64,000 nucleotides of DNA. Source: Octopus bimaculoides. Taxonomy: Eukaryota. The notes below the pieces were generated by a model. That model was given only the letters and a program-made list of their open reading frames with translations. It did not search any database and was not told the DNA's origin. The stretch covers positions 64,012,165 to 64,076,164 of the forward strand of contig NC_068985.1 in assembly GCF_001194135.2 (NCBI RefSeq), read 5' to 3'. Every line of letters begins with the position of its first letter. Within the stretch, counting starts at the first letter, position 1. A program made the position numbers and the translations under genes. Shown here one piece after another: positions 53,198 through 64,000 of the stretch.

Positions 53198-53615
53198 TAT
53201 ACAGACACGTACATAGATATATGCAACACAATGGCCTAGAACAAATTGCCTAGGAAATATCACTATCTCTAATAGGACATTCCCTTATCTCTATCTTCTA
53301 TGACACAAGCTGCAGATTGATGCAACACAATTAGATGTACAAAATCCTACTCATAACAGATAGTTGCACGATGGGTTGAAACAATAGTCGTACTGAATGA
53401 AGACTTGTGCTAAATCTATCTTCCGTTTCCTTCATCATTATTACATGTACATACCTATAGATATACATGGAAACAGTTTTGAGTTGGTGACAGGAAAGGC
53501 ATCCAGTCACAGAAACAGCCTCAGTAAACACTGGAAACATGGAAAACTGGACATTAAAGAATGATGATGACAATCATCATCATTGAAAGTCTACTTTCCA
53601 ACCTGGCATGGGTCG

Positions 53616-53752
<137 letters not shown>

Positions 53753-53989
53753 TTGCCCCCCCATACCTACTATTACCCCCAACTTCAGAACAGATGTCAA
53801 TATGTTTATATTCGAGTAACTTAGCAGTTTGACAAAAAGAGAATTGAGTACATGCACGCATAACTGAGGACGTGTGTATATGTATACTTTTTTTTTTATA
53901 TAGTGGTATAAATACAATTAAGATTAAAAAGGATAACACAAGAACAGTGTTTGACAAATCATGTATTAGGTTACTGCTGTAACGAAAAT

Positions 53990-55090
53990 CGAAAACAACG
54001 TTTCATACGTTAGTCCTTCATCAGAAGAAATAAGCACAGAAACATTAAAAAGAAATATAGTGAAGAAAAATAACCAAACGTTTAGAAGCCAGGTGGGAAG
54101 TGAGTAGCTACAAAGGGAGAAAAGTCGAATGTGTAGATGCAAATATGAGGGGAAGCAGCCATAAGAGGTGGTGTTAGTGTCATGTATATACGTATTGAGA
54201 TGTGAGATGTGCAAAAGCGTTGTTGGTGCCTGCATGTAACCATTAGGCAGATGGTGTGAAAACGTGTATATGAGGAGGTGGGGGCGGATGGATATAGNNN
54301 NNNNNNNNNNNNNNNNNNNNNNNNNNNNNNNNNNNNNNNNNNNNNNNNNNNNNNNNNNNNNNNNNNNNNNNNNNNNNNNNNNNNNNNNNNNNNNNNNNNN
54401 NNNNNNNNNNNNNNNNNNNNNNNNNNNNNNNNNNNNNNNNNNNNNNNNNNNAGGCAGATGGTGTGAAAACGTGTATATGAGGAGGTGGGGGCGGATGGAT
54501 ATAGGAATTAGATGAAGGGCATAGAATGGCAAGAGCAATGTGGTGTTATCTTGATGTGTGGAGTGCGCAAGTGTATAATAAAAGTACGTTCGGGGTGTAT
54601 ATACATATTCTCATGTATATATATATATATATATATATACATATATGGTATACACGATTTATTCACATACACACATTTCTAAGAACTGCTGGAGTAGGTT
54701 TCAAAAAAGTACAATATCAGACATTGGTAGAATTTTGTGTGAAGTTTCGGCCTTATAAGTGGAGTGTTAGTGTAGTCAGAATTGTTGTGTTTCCTGTAGA
54801 GTTACAGTTGAGTATCAACTGTTAGTGTTGTGTAAGGAGTGTGTAGTATTGAGTGGAGTGCGAGGTGTACTATGTGAAATGTGCATGGAGTGGCCTGTAA
54901 GTAGTGTTATATGTGTATGTAGTATTGTATGTTGCTTGTTATATGGGTGAAGTGGTGTTATAGATCGTGAATTATTTGTAGAATAGTCTATAAAAAGTAT
55001 ATACGGAATGTTTTATGTGAAAGTCTGTATCAGGGATGGTGTTATTATTTGAAATTACCGTTCTTTAATTTGTACGTAATTAATGTTGTA
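53990..55090 (-). mobile_element. PLE 3' remnant with decayed hammerhead
   Basis: A C-terminal H..H..TFYR-like remnant near 55000 and a pyrimidine-rich UTR. CTGATGA (54024-54018) and GAAAC (54004-54000) remain, but the stems are broken. Confidence 0.5.
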
Positions 55091-55306
55091 TCCTTATCAG
55101 CTCACACAAAAAGTATATTAGAATTTTTTTAAACATTTTATCCAAGAGACATCGAGAAAAGAAGAGGGGGAATTGACCGCGCATACACACNNNNNNNNNN
55201 ATAACACATACACATTTTTTGACAAGGACTTTCGGGATATGGAAATCCTTTTCTAATGAGTATATTTCGGTCTTTGAGTAATGTAGTGGAGATAAGAAAT
55301 ACTCAC

Positions 55307-55361
55307 GTTCTTTTTCGTGATCATATCCAACAACGACGAAGTAGTCAGCCAGACGAGACAT
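55307..55361 (-). CDS. SBF2: First coding exon of SET-binding factor / myotubularin-related pseudophosphatase (SBF2/MTMR13-like, N-terminal uDENN start)
   Basis: The minus strand reads ATG TCT CGT CTG GCT GAC TAC TTC GTC GTT GTT GGA TAT GAT CAC GAA AAA GAA C|GTGAGT, i.e. MSRLADYFVVVGYDHEKE. This matches the recalled SBF1/SBF2/Sbf N-terminus (M[AS]RLADYF[IV]VVGYD). The coding length is 55 nt with a phase-1 GTGAGT donor at 55306-55301, and an in-frame TAG lies upstream. Invertebrates usually have one Sbf gene, so SBF1 vs SBF2 naming is nominal. Confidence 0.92.
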
Positions 55362-55363
55362 GA

Positions 55364-55419
55364 CATCTAGCTCCAAGACTTTATACTCCGACTAGCTAAA
55401 GCCATTACATGGTCGCCAT
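55364..55419 (-). promoter_or_regulatory. Chained uORFs in the putative SBF 5' leader, overlapping a YY1-like motif
   Basis: uORF1 55419-55405 (MATM*); uORF2 55405-55367 (MALASRSIKSWS*); uAUG3 at 55366, out of frame with the main AUG at 55361. CAAGATGGCGAC at 55423-55412 resembles the YY1 consensus. The TSS is unknown. Confidence 0.5.
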
Positions 55420-55810
55420 CTTGTTGCTACTACTGATACTATTGCCGCTGATGCCGGGGGGAGGCGATACTACTGCACTATTACTGCTACTACCAGGGTT
55501 TCTACTGCACTGTTACTGCCGCTGCTACCATGGGTTCGACTGCATTACTACTGCTATCAGGGGTTCTACTGCTGCTTATAAAAATGTTGCTAATGTTGAT
55601 GCTACAATTAGAGATACTACAAATGCTGCTACTAAGGATATACAGCACTACTGCTGCTATTGATGCTGATGATGATGACAGACACTGCACTACAGCTGAT
55701 AGTACTGAAGATACTACTTATGTTATTAATGATGCTACAGTTGCAGTTACTACAACTGCTGCTGCTGACTTACTGACTGTCAGTATTATTACTGCCGCTA
55801 CTGACTGTAA
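55420..55810. repeat. Degenerate (CTA/CTG/GAT)n low-complexity tract upstream of exon 1
   Basis: Runs of ctactactg/gctgct/gatgat; the ORF-track hits here are low-complexity artefacts. Confidence 0.7.
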
Positions 55811-55899
55811 AAGGTTTCGATGGAATCGACTGTTCGTTGACGCTAGAGATACACATACACAGGGACATACCTATATACACATACACATGAACATATACA

Positions 55900-55950
55900 G
55901 TTGGCTAGTTAGTCGGTGGGCGGGCGTCAGCTGCTGACTTTTCGCCAAGG
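55900..55950 (-). promoter_or_regulatory. GC-box-like island, possible proximal promoter
   Basis: gtcggtgggcgggcgtcagctgctgac is a CpG-containing GC-rich patch in AT-rich DNA about 550 bp upstream of the ATG. Confidence 0.3.
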
Positions 55951-56830
55951 GAAATAATCACAATATTACAAAAGGGAAACGACCTACCAGCTTGACAGAT
56001 TTGTCATACCGTAATATTAGGGTACCTACAAAAGCTCTGCAACACACACACACATATTTATATATATATATATATAATGTACATTTTAGATATTTTTTAT
56101 AAAGCCAAAACAATGCAAGCTGTAAAAAATTAACAATACAAGTCAATGGTTAGTACTATTACATAGTATTTCAATATATGATCATTAGGATCCCTACTTA
56201 AAGAGATTTATGGAGATAAGATGTACTATTAACTTTTATAATTTGCATTATACTATAAAACAATATTTAAAACATATATGTGTATATCAGACAGTGCTTC
56301 ATCGAAATTATGCTACTTTAATATATGCGTACGTGTTACATTATGTTTCAATCATGGGACTGCGAATATAATGAATCCCCTTCATGAAGTTATTAATGAA
56401 ACAAGTACGTATCTGATACTTATTCCGTAGGTAATTGGTACCGAAACTCTTAAGTTCCGAGGATGTAAACAAACTAACTCTGGTTGTCAAGCGGTGTGGG
56501 GGAATACACAAAGAAATACGCGAACGCATACATACATACATACATACATACATACATACATAGGAACCAGGTTTCTGTGTAAATTCACTCACAAGACATA
56601 TGGCATTCGAACCTCTAGGGTATGCCCTGGCACTTGCCACTATCTACATCTCTCTCTTCTTTTACTCAACCATCCCATTTTTATTCTGATCCCGGCTCTT
56701 GTGAGTATGCCTGGCATTTTGCCACCATCTCTATCCTGCTGTCTGCCACACTGTCTCTCTCCTCCTGCACTTTCCTCAGGTTGGGTAACCATGTATTTCC
56801 TTTGCAGTAGCGCACCAGTTTCTATCTTCA

Positions 56831-56870
<40 letters not shown>

Positions 56871-57289
56871 CCAGGTAACCTTGTACTTCCTCTACAGCAA
56901 AACACCTGTTTCTCTCTCTGTCTTACTATAACCTTTCATCATCCGACACAAGATCACCTCCTCCAATGCCCCCTCCCCTCTTGAAAGGTTTTTTTTTGTC
57001 TTGCAAATACTTGGTGACCCTGTCAGTACAGGTGTCGGTGTTTGGAAGGACAACCAGCTGTAAAAACCTTGTCAAAACTGACCTCGCTTGTGCTTGTGCC
57101 GCATAAAAAGCACTAATTCCACTCTGCGGAGTAGTTGGTGTTAGGAAGGACATTCAGCTGTAGAAATATTGTCAAAACAGTCACAGAAATCTGGTGCAGG
57201 CTTCTGCCTGGCCAGCTCTTGTGAAACCGTCCTACCCATGCTAGCATGGAAGGTGAACGGTAAACAATGATGATGATGAAGGCATTGAT

Positions 57290-57620
57290 TGGCCCAGGGC
57301 TATTGTAAAAGACACTTACCCAAGGTGTTACACAGTGGGATTGAATCCAAAATCATGTGGTTGCAAGGCAAGCTTCTTTACAACATAACTATGACTGTGC
57401 CTTTATCTTATTTTTTATCTATTACTGTTTCAGTCATGAGACTGTGGCCATGCTGGGGCACCACCTTAAAGAGTTTTTAGTTCAACAATTCCATCCCAGT
57501 ACTTATTTTTTTAATCCTGATACTTATTCTATTGATCTTTCTGCCAAACTGCCAAGTGATGGAGACATAAACAAACCAGCACCAATTGTCAAACAGTGAT
57601 AGGGGACAAACACATATACA
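57290..57620 (-). mobile_element. SINE family B (rearranged pieces)
   Basis: gacactt.cccaagg and gtttcagtcatgagactgtggccatgctgg motifs. Confidence 0.75.
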
Positions 57621-57624
57621 TACA

Positions 57625-60600
57625 TACAGGTACAAGATTTTCTGGGAAGGGAACACAGACGGGGTTGGGGGCATGGGTATACTTCTTGCAGAGAAATGGG
57701 TGGATAAGATAATCGAGGTAGCCAGAGTATGGGATAGAATACTTAAGATTAGATTAGTCCATCACCATGGGTTAGCAACCATTATCTCGGTCTATGCCCC
57801 TCAGCCCAGGCTACCCGATGGACAGAAAGATCGATTTTATAACGCCCTCTTGCAGACTACCTCATCAACGAATGACAGGGACCTTCCCTTTGTGGCTGGT
57901 GACTTCAATGGTCATGTTGGACAACATTCAGGGGCTTCCATGGTGTACATGGAGGTTATGGTTTTGGTTCCCGCAATGAGGAGGGAACCAGGCTGCTGGA
58001 GGTCTGTGATGCAAATGACCTTACGGTTTGCAATACTAACTTCAGGAAACCTGCCAGTCACCTAGTCACCTACCGTTCTGGCAGACACACTAGCCAAAAG
58101 GGAAAGATGGCTGCTTATAAATGCCAAAACCTTCCCAGGTGAAGAATGTACCCCACAACATAGACTAGTAGTTAGTGACTTCAGGATCAGGGCTAGGTGG
58201 TTGCCCAGAAGACGACCAGCATGGAGGAGAAGGGTCTGGAAGCTTAAAGATCCTGCAAATGGACAGAGATTTAGAGACATGTTACTCGAAGCCTTCGATG
58301 AAATAGAAGGGGATGTAGCATCATATAATGTGGAAGACAACTGGACGTTTCTACGGGACAACCTGCTGAGGGCCACTGACCAGATTTGTGGATGGTGCAA
58401 AGTCCCCTCTCAACCCAAAATAATGTGGTGGTGGAACAATGTAGCTGACAGGGCTATTAGACTAAAGAAACAAGCTTGGAAGGACTGAAAGAACGGTGGT
58501 AGCAGAGAATTGTATCAGACTGCCAGAAGGGAAGCTAAGCGACAGGTTTACTTAGCCAGAGGGGAAGCAGATAATAAAAAATTTGCCAATGTTCTGCACC
58601 ATGAGGACCAAAGACTCGAAGTATTTCGTGTTGCAAGACAGTGTGTGAGAGAGAATCGTGATGTCATGGGAAAGAAATGTGTTTGCATGGATGATGGTAC
58701 ATTTGCACTAAATGAGGCTGCAAAGAGAGAGATTTGGAGACACCACTACGAAAGATTGCTCAATAAAGAGAATGAATGGGAGAAAGGGAGTCTGCCAAAT
58801 GTCAACCCAACAGAGGGACCAGCTATCCAAGTTGACAGTACCATGGTAGATAACGCAATTAAGAGTATGAAGACAGGGAAAAACCCCCGGCCCATCAGGA
58901 ATCACTGCAGAAATGCTCAAAATATTTGGTAGTATTGGCTACAGCCTAGTCACCCGTATTGTTAACCAGGTGATACATGAAGGAGTCATACCCAATGACT
59001 GGTGGAGCAACACCATAGTTAACTTCTACAAAAGTAAAGATACATATAATTACAGAGGTATCATGTTGTTAGATCAGGTAATGAAAGTCACGGAGAGGGT
59101 CATAGCCCAACTAATTAGGGAGCAAGTTAGTTTAGATGAGATGCAGTTTGGGTTCATGCCACGGAAATGCACCACTGATGCTATATTTCTAGTAACACAG
59201 CTGCAGGAGAAATACTTAGTGAAAGATAAACCTCTCTACCTGGCTTTCATTGACATAGAGAAAGCCTTTGACATGGTCCCCCGATCTCTTATCTGGTGGT
59301 CAATGAGGCAACTCGGGATAGAAGAATGGTTAGTGAGAGCTGTGGGAGCCATGTACAGAGACGCTGTCAGTAAGGTAAGGGTTGGCAATGAGTACAGTGA
59401 AGAATTCCAGGTAGAGGTAGGGGTCCACCAAGGTTCTGTCCTCAGCCTCCTCCTATTTATTATAGTCCTCCAGGTGATAACAGAGGAATTTAAGACAGGA
59501 TGCCCCTGGGAGCTCCTCTATGCTGATGACCTTGTACTAATTGCTGAGTCACTATCAGAACTAGAGGATAAGTTTCAGATGTGGAAGCAAGGACTAGAAT
59601 CGAAGGGTCTTGGAGTCAACCTAACTAAAGCCAAAGTCCTGATAAGTAGGAAGGTAGAAAAGATACAAACACCTTCAGGAATATGGCCCTGCTCGATCTG
59701 TAGAAAAGGTGTAGGTAGAAACTCTATAAGATGTACCCAGTGCAAGCTGTGGACACATAAGAGGTGCAGCAATATCAAAGGCAGGTTAACTAGGAAGTTA
59801 GTTTTTGTTTGTGGCAGATGTTCAGGTGCAATAAACACTGTAAATATGCAGAAAACAACTTCTGTCTCATTCCAGGGAGGAAAACTAGACATAGTTGACA
59901 GCTTCCGCTATCTGGATGGCCAAGTTAGTAGTGGGGGAGGGTGCGCTGAAAGTGTAGCTGCTAGAATAAGAATAGCCTGGGCAAAGTTCAGAGAGCTCTT
60001 ACCTCTGCTAGTGACAAAGGGTCTCTCTCTCAAAGTAAAAGGCAGACTGTATGACACATGTGTATGAACAGCCATACTACATGGCAGTAAGACATGGGCC
60101 GTGACTGCTGAGTACATGCGTAAGCTCGAAAGGAATGAAGCCAGTATGCTCCGATGGATGTGTAATGTCAGTGATGTGGCAAGAATGGATGAGGATATGC
60201 TGGCAGAAACGTTAGCACGCTGGGCGAAATGCTTAGCGGTATTTCGTCTGCTGCTACATTCTGAGTTCAAATTCCGTCGAGGTCGACTTTGCCTTTCATC
60301 CTCTCGGGGTCGATTAAATAAGTACCAGTTACGCACTGGGGTCGATATAATCGACTTAATCCCTTTGCCTGTCCTTGTTTGTCCCCTCTGTGTGTAGCCC
60401 TTTGTGGGCAGTAAAGAGATAAGAATGGATGAGGATAGCTGTGTGAAAAAGTGCCACACCCTAGCAGTTGAGAGAACCTGTGGAAGAGGCAGGCCCAGGA
60501 AGACCTGGGATGAGGTGGTGAGGCACGACCTTCAAACATTGGGCCTCACCGAGATGATGACTTCTGACCAAGACCTTTGGAAATATGCTGTGCGTGAGAA

Positions 60601-61170
60601 GAGCCGGCAAGCCAAGTGAGACCTAAATCCAAGGCCTCTGCCAGGGGTGTAGCCAGCCCACTTATGTGTACCTTCCTTCATTGGACACTAAACTCCTCTT
60701 GCCAAGACTTGTCGAGGCAAGTGAAATCGAAATCGAACTAAATTTGATGACTGGCACCCATGCCAACGTTTTCTCCTTCATTGGACACTAAACTTGGCTT
60801 GCGAAGACCTATTGGGGCAAGCGAAAGCGAAATCATGATGGCACCTGTGCCCAGCGTCGCCTTCCTGACACATATAAAGACATTCGAGTGAGATCATTGC
60901 CGGTGCCGCTGGACTGGCTCCTGTGCAGGTGGCACCTAAATTACACCATTTTGAGCGTGGCCATTGCCGTTACCGCTTGACTGGCCTTTGTGCCGGTGGC
61001 ATGTAAAAGCACCCACTACACTCTTGGAGTGGTTGGCATTAGGAAGGGCAACCAGCTGTAGAAACTCTTCTAAATCAGATTGGAGCCTGGTGTAGCCATC
61101 TGGTTCACCAGTCCTCAGTCAAATCGTCCAACCCATGCTAGCATGGAAAGCGGACATTAAACGATGACGA
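57625..61170 (+). mobile_element. RTE LINE copy 2 (APE C-part plus RT plus 3' UTR), pseudogenised
   Basis: ISVYAP, VAGDFNGHVG, GVHQGSVLS, ELLYADDL and the (gat)n tail; frameshifts present. Confidence 0.95.
60198..60420 (+). mobile_element. SINE family A inserted in RTE copy 2
   Basis: 17-bp TSD AAGAATGGATGAGGATA at 60181-60197 and 60421-60437. Confidence 0.95.
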
Positions 61171-61208
61171 TATATGGTGCATAGGTGCAAAGCAGTGTTT
61201 AGGTATGA

Positions 61209-61541
61209 GCAGAATTAGGTTAGTTGAAATATGTTTGTCACATATTTCAACTGCTAGAGGCAAATACACTGCAGTTACTGTGGAGAAAAAATCTCTCTTA
61301 TGTTAAAAAGATGTGAAAACACCCATTCATTCAGTGTCGCCATCTCTCAGAAATCTCAGGCATCAATGTTTAACTTGAAACATGGATGCCTGAGATTCCC
61401 GAGAGATAGTGACATTGAATGAACTGAGTATTTTCACATCTTTTTACCATAAGAGAGATTTTTTCTCCGCAGTAACTGCAATGTATTTGCCTTTAACAGT
61501 TGAAATATGTGACAAACATATTCAACTAACCTAAATTCTGC
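61209..61541. repeat. Foldback MITE-like inverted repeat (about 160-bp arms)
   Basis: gcagaattaggttagttgaa...ctcaggcatc pairs with gatgcctgag...ttcaactaacctaaattctgc. Confidence 0.9.
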
Positions 61542-61559
61542 ATATATATATATATATAT

Positions 61560-61850
61560 ATGACAGGCTTCATTCAGTTTCTGTCTACCAAATCTGTTCG
61601 CAAAGCTTTAGTCAGCCCAAGGCAATAGTAGAAGACACTTGCCCAAGGTGCCACACAGTGGGAATGAACCCAGAACCATGTAGTTAAGAAGCAAACTTCT
61701 TACCACACAGCCACACTTACACCTGTATGTATACATATGTATATATGTATACTCTCTTTTACTATCTATATATATCAATAGATATATTTATTTTTTATCT
61801 TTTACTTGTTTCAGTCATTAGATTGCAGCCATGCTAGGGCACCACCTAGG
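61560..61850 (-). mobile_element. SINE family B pieces
   Basis: tagtagaagacacttgcccaaggtgcc; gtttcagtcattagattgcagccatgct. Confidence 0.75.
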
Positions 61851-62454
61851 TAGATAGATTTTCTAAAACTTAAATGGGTAAGTGGGCTATGTTTTAATAT
61901 TAAGAGGAAGTAGGAGTAGAATTTGTGTGAGAACACTATAGCTATGCGAAGTGGTATATATGTGTGCTGTATGTGTAGATAGATACATATATATGTGTGC
62001 ATATGTTTATATATCATTTTGATCAAAAAGTATTAGGTAAAGTGGATTTATACCAATTTTTAAAGTTCTAGGACAAATTTGTCATAGAATTGGCTTCTCT
62101 AAGTCTTTACAATATGAAGAGCCACAATTTTTCCCGATATATTTTATAGGTGAAGCTGCCCAAGCGTAATCTTAGAACTTCTTTTTAAACTGCAAGAAAT
62201 TTTGTAATACTAGCCAGTAATTTGTGATGGGACAATTACTAGAGGTATCATCTCATTATTTGGGAAGAGTTCACAATGGCTATCAAAACTTTCTGGAAGC
62301 TCTGAATCAAAACTTATGTGATTAGAGAAATTCTGAAGTATTAATGGATGCTGTTACTCTTGTACTATCTGGAGACTTTTGCCAGACTTTTATCTTTCAT
62401 TCCAAAGGGCACCAAAGCAAACAAGTAACAGCTAACTTGAAGTCATCTGACAAG

Positions 62455-62870
62455 AGTGGGCTGAAAAGTTCATAGGCTGACTATGAAAGAGTGATGCTAG
62501 AACTGTGAAATCTTGCATGCATGGGTTTATTCCCCAAGGGCATTCATGCTCACATAGTTGCTACATTTGGGGATGACACTCCAGCTTTATCAACAGTGCA
62601 AAAATGGATAGCTGAATTTATGAGGAGAATGGAGACTATTGAAGATGACCCAAGGTCTAGACATCCTGCTACCACTGAGGAAAACATTGATTGTGTTCAC
62701 TACATGGTGATAGATTACATACAATTGACTATAAATCAAATAGCCAATGTTGTTAGCATATCCCATGAGAGAGTTGAGAATATTCTGTACAATGAACTTG
62801 AAATGATGAAAGTTTCTACTCAGTAGGTGCCACATCTTCTGACACTTGATAAAAAGTTCACCAGGCTTCT
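62455..62870 (+). mobile_element. Mariner 5' fragment (HTH region)
   Basis: FGDDTPALSTVQKW.AEF...IEDDPRSRHP...T..QIA....ISHERV..IL..EL.M.KVS..*VP.LL. Confidence 0.8.
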
Positions 62871-64000
62871 AAATACCTTTAGAAGATAGTAAAATGTGAC
62901 CAGTAAGCTACTACAGAGAATTGAACCCTGTACCTCACAAATTCTGGCTTAGTGCTCTGTACCATTAAGCTAAGCAATTCCTCTCTTCAAAATTTATTAG
63001 AGTGTATGTATGTAGAAATCATTTTAAATTCAAAAGAAACAGAACTATACTAATAAATATTTCAACAGGCTGAAACCACTTGGACTGTCACCTCACACTC
63101 TCAAACTGAAGAAAGGATCCCCAATTAGTCTTTACAAGAATTAGATGCTTCACATTGATGCAATGCTACAAGTTTGATATGCCTGATGCTTTTATACTTT
63201 TGGCAGTCTTGGATAAACATCCCCACGCAGCTTTATATATTTCAATTTTGCAAATATTTCTTCAGATACAATTCATCATCATCATCATCATCATTTATCA
63301 TCTATTTGGACAGTCTAACTGAAAACTGGTAAGCTGGGTAGCTGCACCAGGTTCTGGTGACATGTTTTCTATGACTGGATGTCTTTCCTAATACCAACCA
63401 CTCCAAAAGAGTAGTGGTTGCTTTTTACGTGCTACCAGCACAATATATAGATGTATTTATTTTCTACATTTTAGTTTTTGTGTTTCCGTCTTCCATATGT
63501 TTACTTTCTGCCTTCTCAGTTTGTTTGTGTTTCTTATATTATTCAATTTTTTTACTTCATTATGATATGTGGTTTGTGCTAAAGAATATATTTGAATTTT
63601 CTCAAAATATGAAACTATTAGCAGCACCTTAATACATGTATTGTGCCCTTTGAATAAATAATATTTATCTCTCACGAGATGAAGTACTTTTTTTGTTGAC
63701 TTTTCTATCACAGAACAGTACATTATATATATATATGTTAATAAATTTCAGGGTAGCAAAATATTATTTAGAAATATTTTACCACTGTGGCCTAGCGTGT
63801 AAAAAAAAACGGTCGATAGACTATATATTATTCATTATATATACAGTGTACATTTAAACATATAAGAGATGGCCATAATAGGACATCTCTTATGTGTTTA
63901 AATGTATGCTTCGTCCAACCCATGCTAGCATGGAAAGCGGACATTAAACGATGACGACGATGATGATGATGATGATGATGATATATATATATATATATAT

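Noticed and set aside
55080-55306. ORF-track extension of the SBF ORF (EYFLSPLHYS...) and the upstream MELDV
   Set aside because: This is read-through past the GTGAGT donor into the intron; the upstream start is a TTG, not ATG.
56895-56950. Minus-strand CGGATGA...GAAACAGGTG motif
   Set aside because: Core and stems are too degenerate to call.

Overview
AT-rich, microsatellite-dense, gapped eukaryotic genomic DNA. It is most likely from an octopod cephalopod, inferred from the recurring tRNA-derived SINEs and RTE tails; this was not verified by a database search. The only host gene supported is SBF2/MTMR13 (Sbf) on the minus strand. Its 55-nt first coding exon (55361-55307, MSRLADYFVVVGYDHEKE-R) is followed by an intron of more than 55 kb that runs off the left edge; I could not find exon 2. 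That intron and the upstream region hold mostly decayed transposons. These include four IS630-Tc1-mariner types (DD34D, DD34E, DD37E/TRT, DD82E/Sailor), a MULE, a hAT with a perfect 8-bp TSD, piggyBac-type MITEs, Helentron-like elements, RTE/CR1/R4/L1-like LINE relics, SINEs and several Penelope-like elements (PLEs). The main observations are: (1) two strong polypyrimidine-CAG|GTAAGT motifs on the transcribed strand, candidate recursive splice sites that split the intron at about 20 kb and 50 kb from exon 1; (2) three minimal type-I hammerhead ribozyme folds, all antisense to the host, while the sense-oriented copy is decayed; (3) a perfect 177-bp inverted repeat; (4) a cryptic 28-nt exon inside a foldback arm; (5) a chain of uORFs before the SBF start codon. 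Repeat boundaries were read by eye and are approximate unless a TSD or TIR is quoted.
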